Of a stretch of 64,000 bases of DNA, positions 1 to 13,590 are shown piece after piece. The stretch is from Octopus bimaculoides. Lineage: Eukaryota. The translations under genes were made by a program, and so were the position numbers. The stretch lies in NCBI RefSeq assembly GCF_001194135.2, contig NC_068981.1, positions 173,051,102 through 173,115,101 of the forward strand, read 5' to 3'. The notes under the pieces are model-generated. The model made no database searches and was not told the DNA's origin. It worked only from the letters and a program-made list of their open reading frames with translations. The number at the start of each line of letters is the position of its first letter. Position 1 is the stretch's first letter.

Positions 1-1414
1 ATCAATCAGCTTGGTCTATCGAAGTTCTTTGGTCACTATTCATAACCTCAATAATAACTACTCTAAGTTTGTCTACCTGTCTCTTATTGTACTATTCTTG
101 TATTTTACTTCATTTGACTCTTTTACTAGTTTCATCCCTTTGACTGTGGCCATGCTGTAGCACTAGCTTCTATATGTCATCAAATACATTGACCCTAACA
201 CATAATTTCTTGACCAGGACTTACATTATTCTATCAACCTCAGAAGAGTGCAAAGCAAAATTGATTGAACTCAAACCATGAAAGAACCTAACTGAATTCC
301 ATGAAGATTTTCTTTTCTCTGATGCTCTACCAATTCTGCCAACCTGCAGATAGTATTGTGAGGTTTTTTGAGGAATTTTATTTTGTTTTTGTTTATTTAT
401 TGAACCTATTCCATTTCACTTTTGCTTCAAATAACTCAAGGAGAAGCAGGAACTTCACAAATTCCAATGTCTCTGAAACCACCATCATCATCATCACTAC
501 CATTATAATAAGATAGAAAACATCCATTTTCCATGCTGGTGTAGATTGGATGGTTTGATAAGACCTGGCAAGGCCAGGAGCTGCACCAGGCTCCATTGTC
601 TGTTTTGGCATCATTTTCTACAGTTGGATGCCCTTCATAATGCTAACCACTTTACAGAGTGTTCTGGGTGCTTTTTATGTGGCGCCAGCACCAACAGGAT
701 CACCAAGTACCTTGCAAGATAAAAAAGCCCTCAACTAGGAGGAGGAAGTAGTATTGAGTGTGTTGGTGGGGCTGGCTTTGTACCAGTTGAAAAATTAAGG
801 GTATAGAGAGACAGCGATAGGTGTTTTGCAGTAGAGTAGATACATGGATACCCAAGTTAGAAAAGAAAGGAGAGTGAGTGAGTTAGAAAGTAAGATAAAG
901 AGTGTGCGTGAGTCAGAGAGTAAGATAAAGAGAGTGATAGTGAGAGAGATGATGGCAAGGAGGTGTTAGTACATGTCCTTGAGGGACATTGGGGGTGGTG
1001 AGTGGACTGGATGAATGAACAGGATAGTGGTGACTGAAGCAAGTATGGAAAGAAATATAGGAGAGACTCGAGGTGGCGGGGCTGCAGTGGATATGTGAGG
1101 GTATTAAGGGTGATAGAAAATAAGTGAGGTGTTAATGAAGGAGAGAGGAGGTGATTGGTGGAGACAGTAGGCAAGGGAAGTTAATGGGACACAGAAATGG
1201 TTCAGGGTAGAGGAAGAAAGGCAATCGAGAAAACAGGAGGATGTAGTATGTGCCTATTCTGCTCTCAATGAGCTATTATACATTTATTATATTAATTAAG
1301 AAAATAATTATTTAATAAATAATTAAATAAAATTAAGAAAATATGAAGTATGCCATAATAATAATTTGATAATGTTGTATAATTTTAATTTATAAATACC
1401 TTGTAATTTACTCC

Positions 1415-1940
1415 TCCAGCTGTTTATGGTTGGTCAAGATCATTCTGCCCAGAGTGAGGCAGGACATTGATGTCTTGCTGGGGTTCAGCATCATGATAAG
1501 GCCAACCTAGGTGGGGGACTCCACTACATGCAGTGGTAGCATGTTGTCGATAAACAGGTCTACAATCTTTCTGTCCACCATAGACTGATGGATGCCAGTG
1601 CCAGCAGTTTGGGCAAACAACTCGTCAATGCTGGGTTGGTGTGCTTTCTTTGCACGTAGCTGTGATGACACTACTGGCACTGCTACCAGAAGATTGTCTG
1701 GTGTTTCCCATGGGAAGAGCCAGCCTTGATCTTCTCCTCAAACTGGAGGGCATGCACTGGGTGTTTCTTCTTGACATGCAACTTCAAGTTGTAGAGACTC
1801 ACCACTTGTCCTTTGATGGTGGTCTCCTTGGACTGGCACATGATGCGCCGGAAGTGCAGGATTTTGGCATTCCTCTTATCCCTTGACATAAGGACAAAGT
1901 AGTCCTCCATGTGGGGCCATGGATTCTGAGACTCTGAGAT
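1415..1940 (-). mobile_element. Decayed hAT-superfamily transposase fragment (BED-finger-like N-terminus plus following region)
   Basis: Minus-strand translation NPWPHMEDYFVLMSRDKRNAKILHFRRIMCQSKETTIKGQVVSLYNLKLHVKKKHP resembles the hAT BED-like N-terminus. Further on, QSMVDRKIVDLFIDNMLPLHVVESPT*VGLIMMLNPSKTSMSCLTLGRMI matches the hAT pattern 'PlsvVE.p.F..l...l.P.....sR.tl.r.i'. It contains stops; no TIRs identified. Confidence 0.72.
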
Positions 1941-1990
1941 CTGAATAGGGTTATTCTTTTTACTGAATACACATGTGGAACTCCATTAGT

Positions 1991-2304
1991 GTATACAGAA
2001 TTTATATAAAAAATTTTATAAACCAAGAAGATGAAATGAACAGGCTTTAATTAGAAATCACAACAATTGTTTCTCTGCAATGGTAACAGCTGTTAGTTGC
2101 TAAGTTTTTCATATCATACTATTACATAAGCTATTTTATAAATAACTACATAAATGAATATGATCTAGCAGTTGTGTATGATATGGAAAACTCAGCAGCT
2201 AATAGCTGTTATCACTGCACAGAAACAATTGTTGTGATTTGTAATCAAAAACTTATTCTGTCTTCTTGGTTCATAAATTTTTTAAATATAAATTTTATAT
2301 ATAC
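1991..2304. repeat. MITE-like imperfect palindrome (~125 bp arms)
   Basis: Left arm aaccaagaaga...aaatcacaacaattgtttctctgca...catatcatac is the reverse complement of right arm gtatgatatg...tgcacagaaacaattgttgtgattt...tcttcttggtt, with a ~55 bp spacer. Confidence 0.75.
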
Positions 2305-3304
2305 ATCACCCCCACCCCACCACCCACCACCCACACCACCATCACNNNNNNNNNNNNNNNNNNNNNNNNNNNNNNNNNNNNNACCACCCACTGAAGAAAG
2401 TCCCCAAAAGTATTGAAACCAGGTCTTTTCTGTTCTCAAAAAATCTTGTACTCTTCTACAAAGACAATCTGTTGCCACTCCTCCCAGGAAAAATGTAGTG
2501 TACCAGCACCTGGTCTAGAAACTTTTAACCAACAATGCTATTGTGCACTAATTGTCGTAAGTATGAACAAGTAATTGTGTGTGTGTGTGTGTATGTATGT
2601 ATCTATGTATTTATGTATGTATAAGTTTATGTGTGCCTATCTGTTTATTTTTACAAGAGTTGCTTAGTTACTTGACAAGTTAGAATGTCCTGTATTTTAA
2701 ATGGCTCCAGGATATTATGCCTTTGTATGACAAATAACATTTGATGACATTGGAAAAGTTATTTAACTAAACAAAGCCTCTTCATGAATAATATGTCCTT
2801 CAAGGAATGGTGTGGCAAAGTTCAAGTCAACAGAGGATTTGAAAGGAAATTCTTTTAGCCAATCTGTTACATAATGTAGTTTGAATTGTGTTTACAATGT
2901 TTTATTGTATGAATGAATGTATAAAAAGTAACAGAACGCTAATCCCACACATTACTGGTGGCAGTAGCAGTGATAGCAACACCAGCAGAAGAGGAAAGGA
3001 AGAAAAGGAGCTTGAGAGGTGNNNNNNNNNNNNNNNNNNNNNNNNNNNNNNNNNNNNNNNNNNNNNNNNNNNNNNNNNNNNNNNNNNNNNNNNNNNNNNN
3101 NNNNNNNNNNNNNNNNNNNNNNNNNNNNNNNNNNNNNNNNNNNNNNNNNNNNNNNNNNNNNNNNNNNNNNNNNNNNNNNNNNNNNNNNNNNNNNNNNNNN
3201 NNNNTTTTTTTGGTATTCAGCCATAGTGTATCTAAGGCTACAGTATTAATGTCTTTTATAAGATGGTAGGGTATGGCTTGTGGGAGATATGGATGCTATT
3301 TCTT

Positions 3305-3460
3305 GTAAAGGTGCATGGACTAATGGTTAAGGTGTTCAGTTCATGATCATATGATCATTAGTTCAATTCCTGGACCAGGCAGTGTATTGTATCTTTAAGC
3401 AAGACACTTCACTTCATGTTGCTCCAGTCCACTCAGCTGTAATGAAAACCATCTAGGTGC
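3305..3460 (+). mobile_element. Decayed tRNA-derived SINE 5' portion
   Basis: A-box-like tggactaatggttaagg and B-box-like gttcaattcc, followed by gtatctttaagcaagacacttcac...ccagtccactcagctg as in the copies at 11584-11906 and 38719-39083. Confidence 0.6.
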
Positions 3461-4449
3461 TGGTACAACCCACTCTCCTTTCATCAGTCACATTCTGGAT
3501 GATCTAATGAGTCAAAAGTGAGGGGCTGAGAAGGTGTTCAAAACAATCAGTGAAAGCATGGTACATGTTATCAAGCTTACAGTACTGTAAAGGTTGCTGT
3601 ACTTTACTTGTTACTTTTCCTAGAAAATCAAGCAATATTAAGGAGGGACCCTCAAGTGTGGCATCTGAGTATTGCTCAGTTCAGTAATAGCTAGTGTCCC
3701 ATAAGTAGGGAAGCATTTGACATTATATTAAAGCTTTATATACTGCCTTACTTGTGAGACACGTCGTCTATAAAGATCACACTCTCCAAAGCTGGACAAA
3801 AATGACATTCTGAATCAATAAAACATTGCTAGGTTTCCTTCAGATCTAGAAAATATGTTATTCTGGGTAGAGAAAAGAAACTGGTTCCTCTTATTCAATC
3901 ATTGATATACATATACAAACCAGTTAGTAATTAAGGATGATGCTAACTAGTTACAACTTAATAGCAGAATGAACAACACAACATAACCACTTTGTGTACC
4001 AACTGCTTCATTACTATATGTTAGTAACAACATGACATAAACACACTTCTTTTGTGGACAAAAGCATCAACAAACTTCTACATGACTCAGGTTAACTTCA
4101 CTCTATGACTACACACACACACACACACACACACAACAGACATACCTCTCCTGTTCTTTCCTTTCAAACTTTCTTTAAGTATCTACTTAAGTGCTATAAG
4201 AAATATGCAAATGCTTGATAAACATTTTTTTTTGCAGATGTCAAATGATTAACAGCTAAGCTACAAATAGGGATTGCTCTTTATAAGATTAATACTCTCC
4301 TTTGTATCCTAGGCCTAGAACAAGAATGTTCTTCATTGCATAGAGAAACTTCACAGACACTTCAAAACATATGTGTAACTCAAAAATATTAGTGCTTACT
4401 TAAGCTCATTTAGCCACAGAACCCTGTAGAATTGATGACTTTAAATATA

Positions 4450-5727
4450 TTAGATTGTTCCAAAAATAATGGCCAATTTCAGAAACATGATTTTATTCTG
4501 GAAAAATTGACAATAGAAATGTTTTGATTAGTCAAAGTATGAGCCATGAACATCTATGCATCTCTGCCATTGACCAACAAGATTATTTATGCCTCGTCGA
4601 TAAAAACTTATTGGCTTTGATGCTAAGAAATCTTTGAAAGCTGATTCCACCTCTGGTTTGGACCTAAAAGTTTTATCTCTTAAAAACGTGTTTAAATGCT
4701 TTAAAAAATGGTAGTCAGTGGGTGAAAGATCAGAATATGGAGGATGTCGTAAAGTCTTGTAACCCAAGTCTGAGTTTCTGCCGCATCATCCTTCCAACAT
4801 GTGGTTTTGCATTATCGTGGAGCAGAATTGGGCCATGCCAATTCACCAATACAGGTCTCATTTTTTGCAAGTGAGCATGCATTTCAGCAAGTTGTTTGCA
4901 GTAAACCTCTGCTGTAATGCTCTGATTGGCTTCCAGAAAGCCATAATGGACAACACCAATTGCAGACCACCAGACAGTCATCATAATCTTTTGCTAATGC
5001 AACTTTGGTTTTGGGAAATGTTTGGGGAACTCATCACGATCAAGCCATTGACCTGATCGTTTATGGTTATCATTAAGGATCCACTTTTCATCACAAGTGA
5101 CTATTCAGTCAAGAAAAGGATCATTGGTGTTTCGCAGAAAGAGCATCAAGCACACTTCAAAACACTGGACTTTTTGATTTTCATTGAACTAATGCAGTAC
5201 CCATTTATCAAGCTTTTTCACCTTACCAATCTTCCGTAGATTGCGTGAGACTGTTGCAATACCAACATCAAGTACCTGGGACATTTCTCTGACACTTTGT
5301 CGTGGGTTTTGTTCAATAATTGCTTTTAATAGTTCATTGTCAAGACTCATGACCATCCTCTACCTTCTTCATCTTGAAGGCTCTCATCACTACTACAGAA
5401 TTTCTGAAACCACCTTCATACTGTGTGATCACTTGTGGACCCCTCTCCCCATGCTCTGTTGATATTGGCAGTAATTTGGGAGGCATTATGCCCAAGCTTA
5501 AACTCATGCAAGAAAAGTAAGCGAAGGTCCTTTTTTGTCATGTTCATAATTAAGGGTGCCTATGCTTCAAGAATGTTTTCTGTCTGAAATAAATAGAAAA
5601 TTATTAAAGAGCATACATCAATTATTAAGTATGTCAAAATTCACCAAAAATATAATTAAAATACTATAATAAAAGTGTGTTTCAAAACACAACACTTAGA
5701 TCGGCCATTATTTTCAGAACAACCTAA
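4450..5727 (-). mobile_element. Full-length decayed mariner (Tc1/mariner) transposon, 1278 bp
   Basis: 25-bp TIRs ttagattgttccaaaaataatggcc (4450-4474) and ggccattattttcagaacaacctaa (5703-5727; 3 mismatches), flanked by TA at 4448-4449 and 5728-5729. Frameshifted transposase at ~5541-4528 with MMTVWWSAIGVVHY, LLHDNAKPH, HPPYSDLSPTDYHFLKHL and QRCIDVHGSYFD*. Confidence 0.95.
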
Positions 5728-8700
5728 TAATTCTGCTTCTCTAAATGTGTAGCAGACTCAGGTCAGCTATAGGTTATCTTCTACACATTATTCACCCTAT
5801 TGTTGATGGGATCAAGCACTTTGCCAGCCCCAAGTTTTGTGGTTTAAAAATAGTGCACCATAGAAGCAGTGTAATATGTTGGGGGAAAAAAATTATATCT
5901 AAAATATATGAAAAATACAAAATTCAAATTCTAATTAAAGCATTTTGATAACTTTGTTTTATTTATTGAATAAAAAAGTAAATTTTTTTTTTCTCTGTAG
6001 TTTCAGCTCAGAGCTGCGGCCATGCTGATGCACCACCGTTAAATACTTAATAAATTTATGTAGTTTAAATTATTTACATTTATAAGCTAAAATATATAAA
6101 TATATTTTTTTATAACAAATTTTTAGTCAAGTAAAAAAGTGGGGGGAACTAGTCTCCTAGTATTTCATCAGAATATCTTACTCACACACGCTCTCTCTCT
6201 CTCTCTCTCTCTCTTTCACTCTCTTTCTCCCACTTCAAATTATCTACCAGTAAGAAATAATTGACCAAAGAAACTGATAGATGTATTGGTTTATATTTTT
6301 TAAAAATATTTATTAATTTGTCATTAATTTTCTGTTAGAAAGAAAAGAAATTTGGAAGCTTGTTTAGTATTTATGTTGTTGTTGTTGTTGCTGCTGCTGC
6401 ATGGATATTGAGCTTATCACTGTATTCCAATGAAATACTCCTCAATTCTACACCATCTCTGCTGCCTGTAAAAGTAAGCAGCATGATATGAATTTTAGCC
6501 CAAAGGAAGGTTTAACTGAAGTTAAGTCATTTTTGTATCAATTCTGGCAACCTTTGATCAAGTTAATTAAATCAAATACTGGATGAGTTTCTGTCTGGTT
6601 TCATTGCATGGCTGAAAAGGAAGGGTAAGTATATATAGTGAGTGGTTTGTACAATGAGAATATTTAGTATGGTTGTTGATTTTTAGTAGTAGGATACAAC
6701 TCTTGAGTAGTAGAACTGCAAAAAAAAAAATGTGTTCAGTCAGAGCTTAGGAAAAGAGACATAAGAGTGACATGGTTGAGGTGATTGATGGTGCCATAGA
6801 AGTAGTAGGAAAAGTCTATTGTAGTGGCAGTATGAGGAACAGAATGATGAGTTATTGTATGAAGACTTTTTTCTGTGAGCATGGGTTTGCTGGCAATTAA
6901 ACAGAACAAATATTCAAGAAATCAGATATTCTGAAAGTGAGTGATGTTTCTTATGAGTTATTCCTTATTTATCATTTTGTAGATTGTAAATAATCAAAAC
7001 CCCTTTGAAGGAAGTTTAGTTAAAGCTTGTTCTATCACAAACAATCCAGTAATTGTCACTTGATCTAACACCTACTCTTGGCTTTTAAGTGTCTTTAGCA
7101 CACTTCACACTTTGGCAAGTATTCAGACTTGATCTCCAGTTTCAGGGTAATTTTCTCCTTCTTAGCATCAGTTTTGGAGGTCACTAGTCTCAGATGCCTG
7201 GACATTGGCCTTCCACTTTTAACAAAGCCATAAAAAAATTGACAAAATACAAATATATTTTACAAGTTCTTCTTTGTCTACTTTGCAAAGAAAATTCCTC
7301 TGCATGCTCTCTTACTGGGTCAAATAAATCAATATAAACAAGATTCACACCGAGACATGTAATCCATTAAGCAATGCCTCAACTATACAATATTGAATGA
7401 TATTCAAAAAATAGGCCAGTGTCCTACCTTTGAATTTCTCTTTAATGATTAACTTTATTGCTCAGCTTTCTAGCCAAAGACATTTCCCTTTTTTGTTGAG
7501 TGTGTTTTGCTAAATTTTTAGGGTAAACAAAACGTGAGGAAAATTATGGGAGACCCCATAAATAGCATATGAATCAATTTAATCAATTTGTTGACATTAT
7601 CAAACCTCAAGTAAGACTTGCAATGGTATACTGTTCCTATATCTGGACTGCGTTGATGGTTGATCCACACACAAACAATTGACCCACAATCTAATTGGCA
7701 AAGACACTTCTGAACTAGCTTATGTGTATCACCACTACCTACAACCACCCAACACAACTCTCTCTCTCTCTCTCTTTAGTCACTCCTACTGCAGTTTATA
7801 TCCAAGCCCTTCACTAACACCTATTTCCAATACTTCCTTTTCAGATACTCTCTCTGATATTCCCTGCCTCCTGCCTACACACACACACACACATACACAC
7901 ATGCTGGGGTTCAAGTTTAAAATTTACTGCATCCGACCCACCAGTATCCAAGCAGCCTGAAATATGAATACTTCATCTCTTTTTACTATACTACGAATCA
8001 AAGTAAAATGTAATAAGATAAAATTTTAAAATGGTGGTATAAAAGAATAAATGAATAAAAGAATCCCTTAAAATTTATAGGTGTTCCATTATCTTATCTT
8101 ATAGAGAGTGAGATAACAAACCCGATCGTTTTGAACTTTTATGTAAATAATAATCATATCATCTCCACGTAAAGCTTTAAAATGAAATCTGTAAAACTTT
8201 TTACGCTAAACTAAAGGAAAATGGATCAATTTATTGAAAAGAAAAAGGAAAAGAAAGGAAAAGAAAAAAGGAATTTGAAGCATTAACAAAATGAAATTTT
8301 CAAACACGTTGATGAATTATCTCCCTTGTATCTGTCATCATCTCCCTTGTTATTTACTGTCAGTACATGTGGAAACTGTGCGGTTATTTCGAAGTTGGTT
8401 GAAAGTTTAGAGAGAATGATGAAATATATAATTTCTTTTGAAAGTGTATTTTGTTTGAGACATTTGATTGTGTTAAAGTCCACATGAGTAGCATTGGAAG
8501 ATTTGTTTCAGAAAACACGTCTCTGAAATTTACATTATGAAGTGAACAGTCTTATCTAGGGAACGAAATCAAAGATATAATCTATCTATAAAGCCATCCA
8601 CCTCTACCCTTCTAAAACACTCTCCTTTTAGTTGTGGGAGTTTTTTCCTGTTCCCTTTCTGACTTGCAAATTACACAGCAACCTCACTAGTGCTAGTGGC

Positions 8701-9160
8701 AGACAGGCAGGCAGGCAGGTGGCGGTGATGGCGGCGGCGGTGGTGGTGGTGGCGGTGGTGATGGTGATGGTGATGGCGGTTGTAGTGGGGGGAGTGCAGC
8801 TATGTTTGTAAAGCTTTAACAAATTTTAACATACTGTATTACATCCTGATTTTCATATCAAAGAAAAGTTCCAACCACAATGAACAACGTATTGTATTTG
8901 CCCCACTTAACAGTGGATTCTAAACAATAGATATGGCAAAAGAGGCTTTGGCATTGCTGCATAGTTTTTAAAATTTCACATCGTAGCCATGTGGTTTTGA
9001 GTTTAGTCCTAATCTGTAGTTCCTTGAACAAGAGTCTTCTACTATAACCTCGAGTTGATTAATCCTTTCAGTGAAATTTGGTTGACAGAAACACTATAGA
9101 AGTCCGTGTGTGTGTGTGTTGATGTTGAAATGCCAATGAAGGAGCTTTGGATCTAGGTTA

Positions 9161-9390
9161 GAGCTGGCAGAAACGTTAGCACAACGGATGAAATGCTTAG
9201 CAGTATTTCGTCTGTCTACGTTCTGAGTTCAAATTCCGCTGAGGTCGAATTTGCCTTTCATCCTATCAGGGTCGATGAATTAAGTACCAGTTAGGCACTG
9301 GGGTCGATGTAATTGACTTAATCCCTTTGTCTGTCCTTGTTTGTCCCCTCTCTGTTTAGCCCCTTGTAGGCAATAAAGAAATAAGAAACC
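9161..9390 (+). mobile_element. tRNA-derived SINE (family with gagctggcagaaacgttagc head)
   Basis: Head ...gttctgagttcaaattccgc and body ttgcctttcatcct...ggtcgat...aagtaccagt. Related copies at 12272-12518(-), 29340-29505(+), 29957-30139(-), 32820-32975(+), 45484-45858(+), 45861-46078(-) and 59294-59424(+). Confidence 0.8.
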
Positions 9391-11583
9391 GGCGTTTTCT
9401 CTATTGGCAAGAAATCTTGAAATAAAACTGAACAATGACATACATTCATAGCACTATTAAAGTATTGGCAAGTAATGTATTGCTAAGTAGATCTTCGCCA
9501 ATTAACTGGATAGCCTTTTCATAGATGTAGTATGTCTGTCTGTTTGTAAGATGCATCTCCATCCCATTACTCAAGTGTATATTGCACTTGAAAGTCAGCA
9601 AATTATCAGGAATTCAGTATTTTTTGGCCTTGAGGAAGCCTTAGTTTTGGGGCTACAGTTCTGACAGTATATGACATGTTTTGCCACTCTGAGAGATGAC
9701 AAGAAATTGTGAGACATATCATTTGTAACGTCTTTGAATGTTGTAGCTGTGTTTTAATAAACAATATTGTAAAATTAGCTTTTGTCTCCTCATCATTATC
9801 ATTTAACATCTGTTTTCCAGGCTGGCATGACTTGGATGGTTTGATGGGAGCTGGAAAGCTGGGAAGCTGCATCAGACACCTAGATACCTCACTGATTTGG
9901 CATGTTTTCTACAGCTAGATGCCCTTCCTAATGCCAACCACTTTACAGAGTGCTTTTATGTGGTGCCGCATGGGCACTTTTAGGTGGTGCCAAATGGGGG
10001 CTTTTACATGGCACTACATAGGCTCTTTTATGTAACACCACCACAAGTGCTTTTCACTATGAGAGGGACCAGTCTTAATACTTCTACTGCAGAATATGGT
10101 TCTTTTTAAGCATCTTGGTCTTTTGTCATCTCACCTGAAAGGTTCAGCATCCTGAGGTTGCTCTTCAGTACTTCAACCCAAATCTTCCAAGGTCTCCATG
10201 TATTCCATCTGTTTGTTTGAAATAATCTACTGTTTATTGGGGAAGATTCTGCAGAACATGGAAGAATATGTTTGTAAACCATCATTCTGTGAAAGATGGC
10301 ACAGAACAATAAAAGATTAAGAAACACTAATTTAAACCAAATTACTTAACATTCAGAATATCTAGTATTTCTTCCAAATAAGTTTCTGAAGTAATTCATT
10401 TTTGTACATAGCTCATGTTTAAAAAGGGATCTTTTCTGTTTGCCTCCAACTTCTCAATTTTTGTTTCAATTGATTTCATATTCAGTATATTGGAGAAACC
10501 CTGCCAAATCAAACTGGGGTCTGGTGCAGCACCTCAGCTTACTAACCCTGGTCAAACCGTCCAACCCATGCCAACATGGAGTATGGACGTTAAATGATGA
10601 AGACGACGACGACCACGACAACGACCACGACGATGATGATGATGATAACTGTTTAAAACGCATGTGATATGAGATGTGTTAATAATAACAACTAAATAGA
10701 CCTTAAATCACGCACGAAAACTTTAATTTGTTTTTCATAATCGTATGAATACTCGCGTGTAGAATACAAATTCGCAAACATTTTCTGAAAAAAAAAATTC
10801 TAAAAACTAAAAAAAAGTTATGAGGGCTTATACGACGTACGTAAAGCAGAATTCCACCAATATTTCATTTGTTTACAGTTGACATATCACGCACAGAATG
10901 ACAGCTTCCAAATCCTGTTTGCTCGTAAGTGCAGCACATGCGCATATCTGTGCATGTGTTTTCTTTCTTTCACTTAATTTTGACCTTGTACATTATTGAA
11001 ACAATCGTTTTATTACAAAAAAAAAAGTATGAACAAAAGGGAAGTAACCGTTGTAGGCCTAGCAAGATTAAGACAAATAGAGTCATGTACCTTCTGTAAG
11101 GGACAGAACACTTAGACTGTATCTGTTTGAATACCTATTCCCCTTGCAAGATGTTGTCAATTCCGTTTGGTTGCATATTGGTTCATTATATAATTCGGTT
11201 AATTGCATAACTTCACAAAACATTGAATTACTTAGTATAAAATCTATCAAAAATTAATCAGTTGTGTATGAAAATAAAGTTGATTTCGCTTATTTGCATA
11301 ATTGTTTCTGCTAAATAAAATTTATAGTTATAAAATATTTCTCCTAGCAAAGTATTTTTATGAGAAATTGAAAATTCGATTGATCAGTACTTTTCAATCA
11401 ATAATCATATGAATTCTTTGTCCATTGTTCAGTCGTTAAATTGATTATCACCATCATCATCATCATTTAATGGCTCCTTCCATTCCAGCATGAGTGGAAC
11501 AGTTTGACAGGAGCTGGCAAGTCAGAAGACTGCCTCTAGCTCAAGACATTTTTTCCCTTTTGTGATTATATTTCTTTATAAAA

Positions 11584-11906
11584 GGAGCACTCCGTCGGTT
11601 ACGACGACGAGGGTCCCAGCTGATACAATCAACGGAACAGCTTGCTCGTGAAATTAACATACAAGTGACTGAGCAGTCTACAGACATGTGTACCCCTAAC
11701 GTAGTTCTCAGGGAGATTCAGCGTGACACAGAGTGTGACAAGGCTGGCCCTTTGAAATACAGGTCCTACTCATTTTTGCCAGCTGAGTGGACAGGAACAA
11801 TGTGAAATAAAGTGTCTTGCTCAAGGACACAACGCATCGCCGGGAATTGAACTCACGACCTTATGATCGGGAACCGAATGCCCTAACCACTAAGCCATGT
11901 GCCTTC
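11584..11906 (-). mobile_element. tRNA-derived SINE (gtgtccttgagcaagacact core family)
   Basis: The minus strand begins gaaggcacatggcttagtggttagggc (A box) and includes gtgagttcaattccc (B box). It is clearly homologous to 38719-39083. Confidence 0.85.
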
Positions 11907-12271
11907 CCATATTTCTTTATATATAAATGTTTCAGAGAAACTTTTAATGATTGATTTACATATGATTCTTTTTGAAGAAATATTTGCTTTTTCAAGATTT
12001 TTTTGGTTCAGTTTTAATGAATTTTTCTTTCTCTATTTTTTCTTTTATTAATACATTCAGTTCCACTTAATGACATACTGGATAATTTCACTAATTGTAT
12101 AACTTTTCAATGAAGTATATCATCTAGCATCCACTCTATGTAAATTTGACAAATTATATATACCTAAGATATTTCCAGTTTTCCATCATCATCATCATTG
12201 TCATCACCACCGCCACTGCCACTATCATCAGCAGCAGCAACATAATTGGCTAAACTCAGATAACAGAAGAA

Positions 12272-12518
12272 AATTCTAGGCACAAAGCCTATTCTAGGCA
12301 CAAGGCCTATTCTAGGCACAAGGCCCAAAATTTTTGGGGAAGTGGGGGGCAGTCGATTAGATCGACCCCCAGTATGCAACTGTACTTAATTTATTGACCC
12401 CAAAAGGATGAAAGGCAAAGTCAACCTTGGTGGTATTTGAACTCAGAACGTAAAGACAGACAAAATACTGTTAAGCATTTCGCCCGGCATGCTAACATTT
12501 CTGCCAGCTCGCTGCCTT
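12272..12518 (-). mobile_element. tRNA-derived SINE with tandemly triplicated 18-bp tail unit
   Basis: Same family as 9161-9390. The tail unit attctaggcacaa(a/g)gcc occurs three times at ~12275-12327. Confidence 0.8.
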
Positions 12519-13409
12519 TATAACAGAAGAAAATTGAAAATTTCCATAAGGGAATAAGTCGAACAATAGTCTGCCAATATGTATCGATAAAAAAATAGTT
12601 TAGATAAGTGAACTCATGACGATTGTGAAATGGCCATCAGCCTATAGATATCAACTGGTGAAATAATAAATATATCTATCTCATATTTCCAGACTTCNNN
12701 NNNNNNNNNNNNNNNNNNNNNNNNNNNNNNNNNNNNNNNNNNNNNNNNNNNNNNNNNNNNNNNNNNNNNNNNNNNNNNNNNNNNNNNNNNNNNNNNNNNN
12801 NNNNNNNNNNNNNNNNNNNNNNNNNNNNNNNNNNNNNNNNNNNNNNNNNNNNNNNNNNNNNNNNNNNNNNNNNNNNNNNNNNNNNNNNNNNNNNNNNNNN
12901 NNNNNNNNNNNNNNNNNNNNNNNNNNNNNNNNNNNNNNNNNNNNNNNNNNNNNNNNNNNNNNNNNNNNNNNNNNNNNNNNNNNNNNNNNNNNNNNNNNNN
13001 NNNNNNNNNNNNNNNNNNNNNNNNNNNNNNNNNNNNNNNNNNNNNNNNNNNNNNNNNNNNNNNNNNNNNNNNNNNNNNNNNNNNNNNNNNNNNNNNNNNN
13101 NNNNNNNNNNNNNNNNNNNNNNNNNNNNNNNNNNNNNNNNNNNNNNNNNNNNNNNNNNNNNNNNNNNNNNNNNNNNNNNNNNNNNNNNNNNNNNNNNNNN
13201 NNNNNNNNNNNNNNNNNNNNNNNNNNNNNNNNNNNNNNNNNNNNNNNNNNNNNNNNNNNNNNNNNNNNNNNNNNNNNNNNNNNNNNNNNNNNNNNNNNNN
13301 NNNNNNNNNNNNNNNNNNNNNNNNNNNNNNNNNNNNNNNNNNNNNNNNNNNNNNNNNNNNNNNNNNNNNNNNNNNNNNNNNNNNNNNNNNNNNNNNNNNN
13401 NNNNNNNNN

Positions 13410-13445
<36 letters not shown>

Positions 13446-13527
13446 GTCTGTAAAAAAACATAAATCCGAAAGAAGTACACTCTAAGATGTAGAGCAGTAT
13501 ATATTAAAAATGGGGAAGGCCAGTTAA

Positions 13528-13590
13528 TGGGATTACCTTAGGTTTCCTGTCCATAAAGAGTTTAGCTTTATGGAGTATCGTCAGATCCCA
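13528..13590 (-). ncRNA. Type I hammerhead-ribozyme-like motif in PLE pseudo-LTR
   Basis: Minus strand: tgggat-CTGACGA-tactccataaag(ctaaact)ctttatggacag-GAAA-cctaagg-TA-atccca. It has a 6-bp stem I, conserved core, 9-bp stem II, short stem III and GUA triplet. The base of stem II is non-canonical. Confidence 0.7.

Noticed and set aside
2385-2520. Possible exon or Tc1-like fragment (EEWQQIVFVEEYK / WFQYFW)
   Set aside because: The resemblance needs frameshifts, there are no TIRs and no clean donor site.
6880-7060. Plus-strand donor/acceptor pair suggesting two exons
   Set aside because: The implied intron is only ~46 nt, and the read-through peptide (EQIFKKSDILKVSDV) resembles a LINE RT C-terminal relic.
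10898-10930. Apparent first coding exon MTASKSCLL followed by gtaagt
   Set aside because: Nearly the same sequence (tcacgcacaaaatggcagcttccaaatcccgtt) occurs inverted at ~40045-40078, so it is more likely a dispersed repeat than a unique exon.
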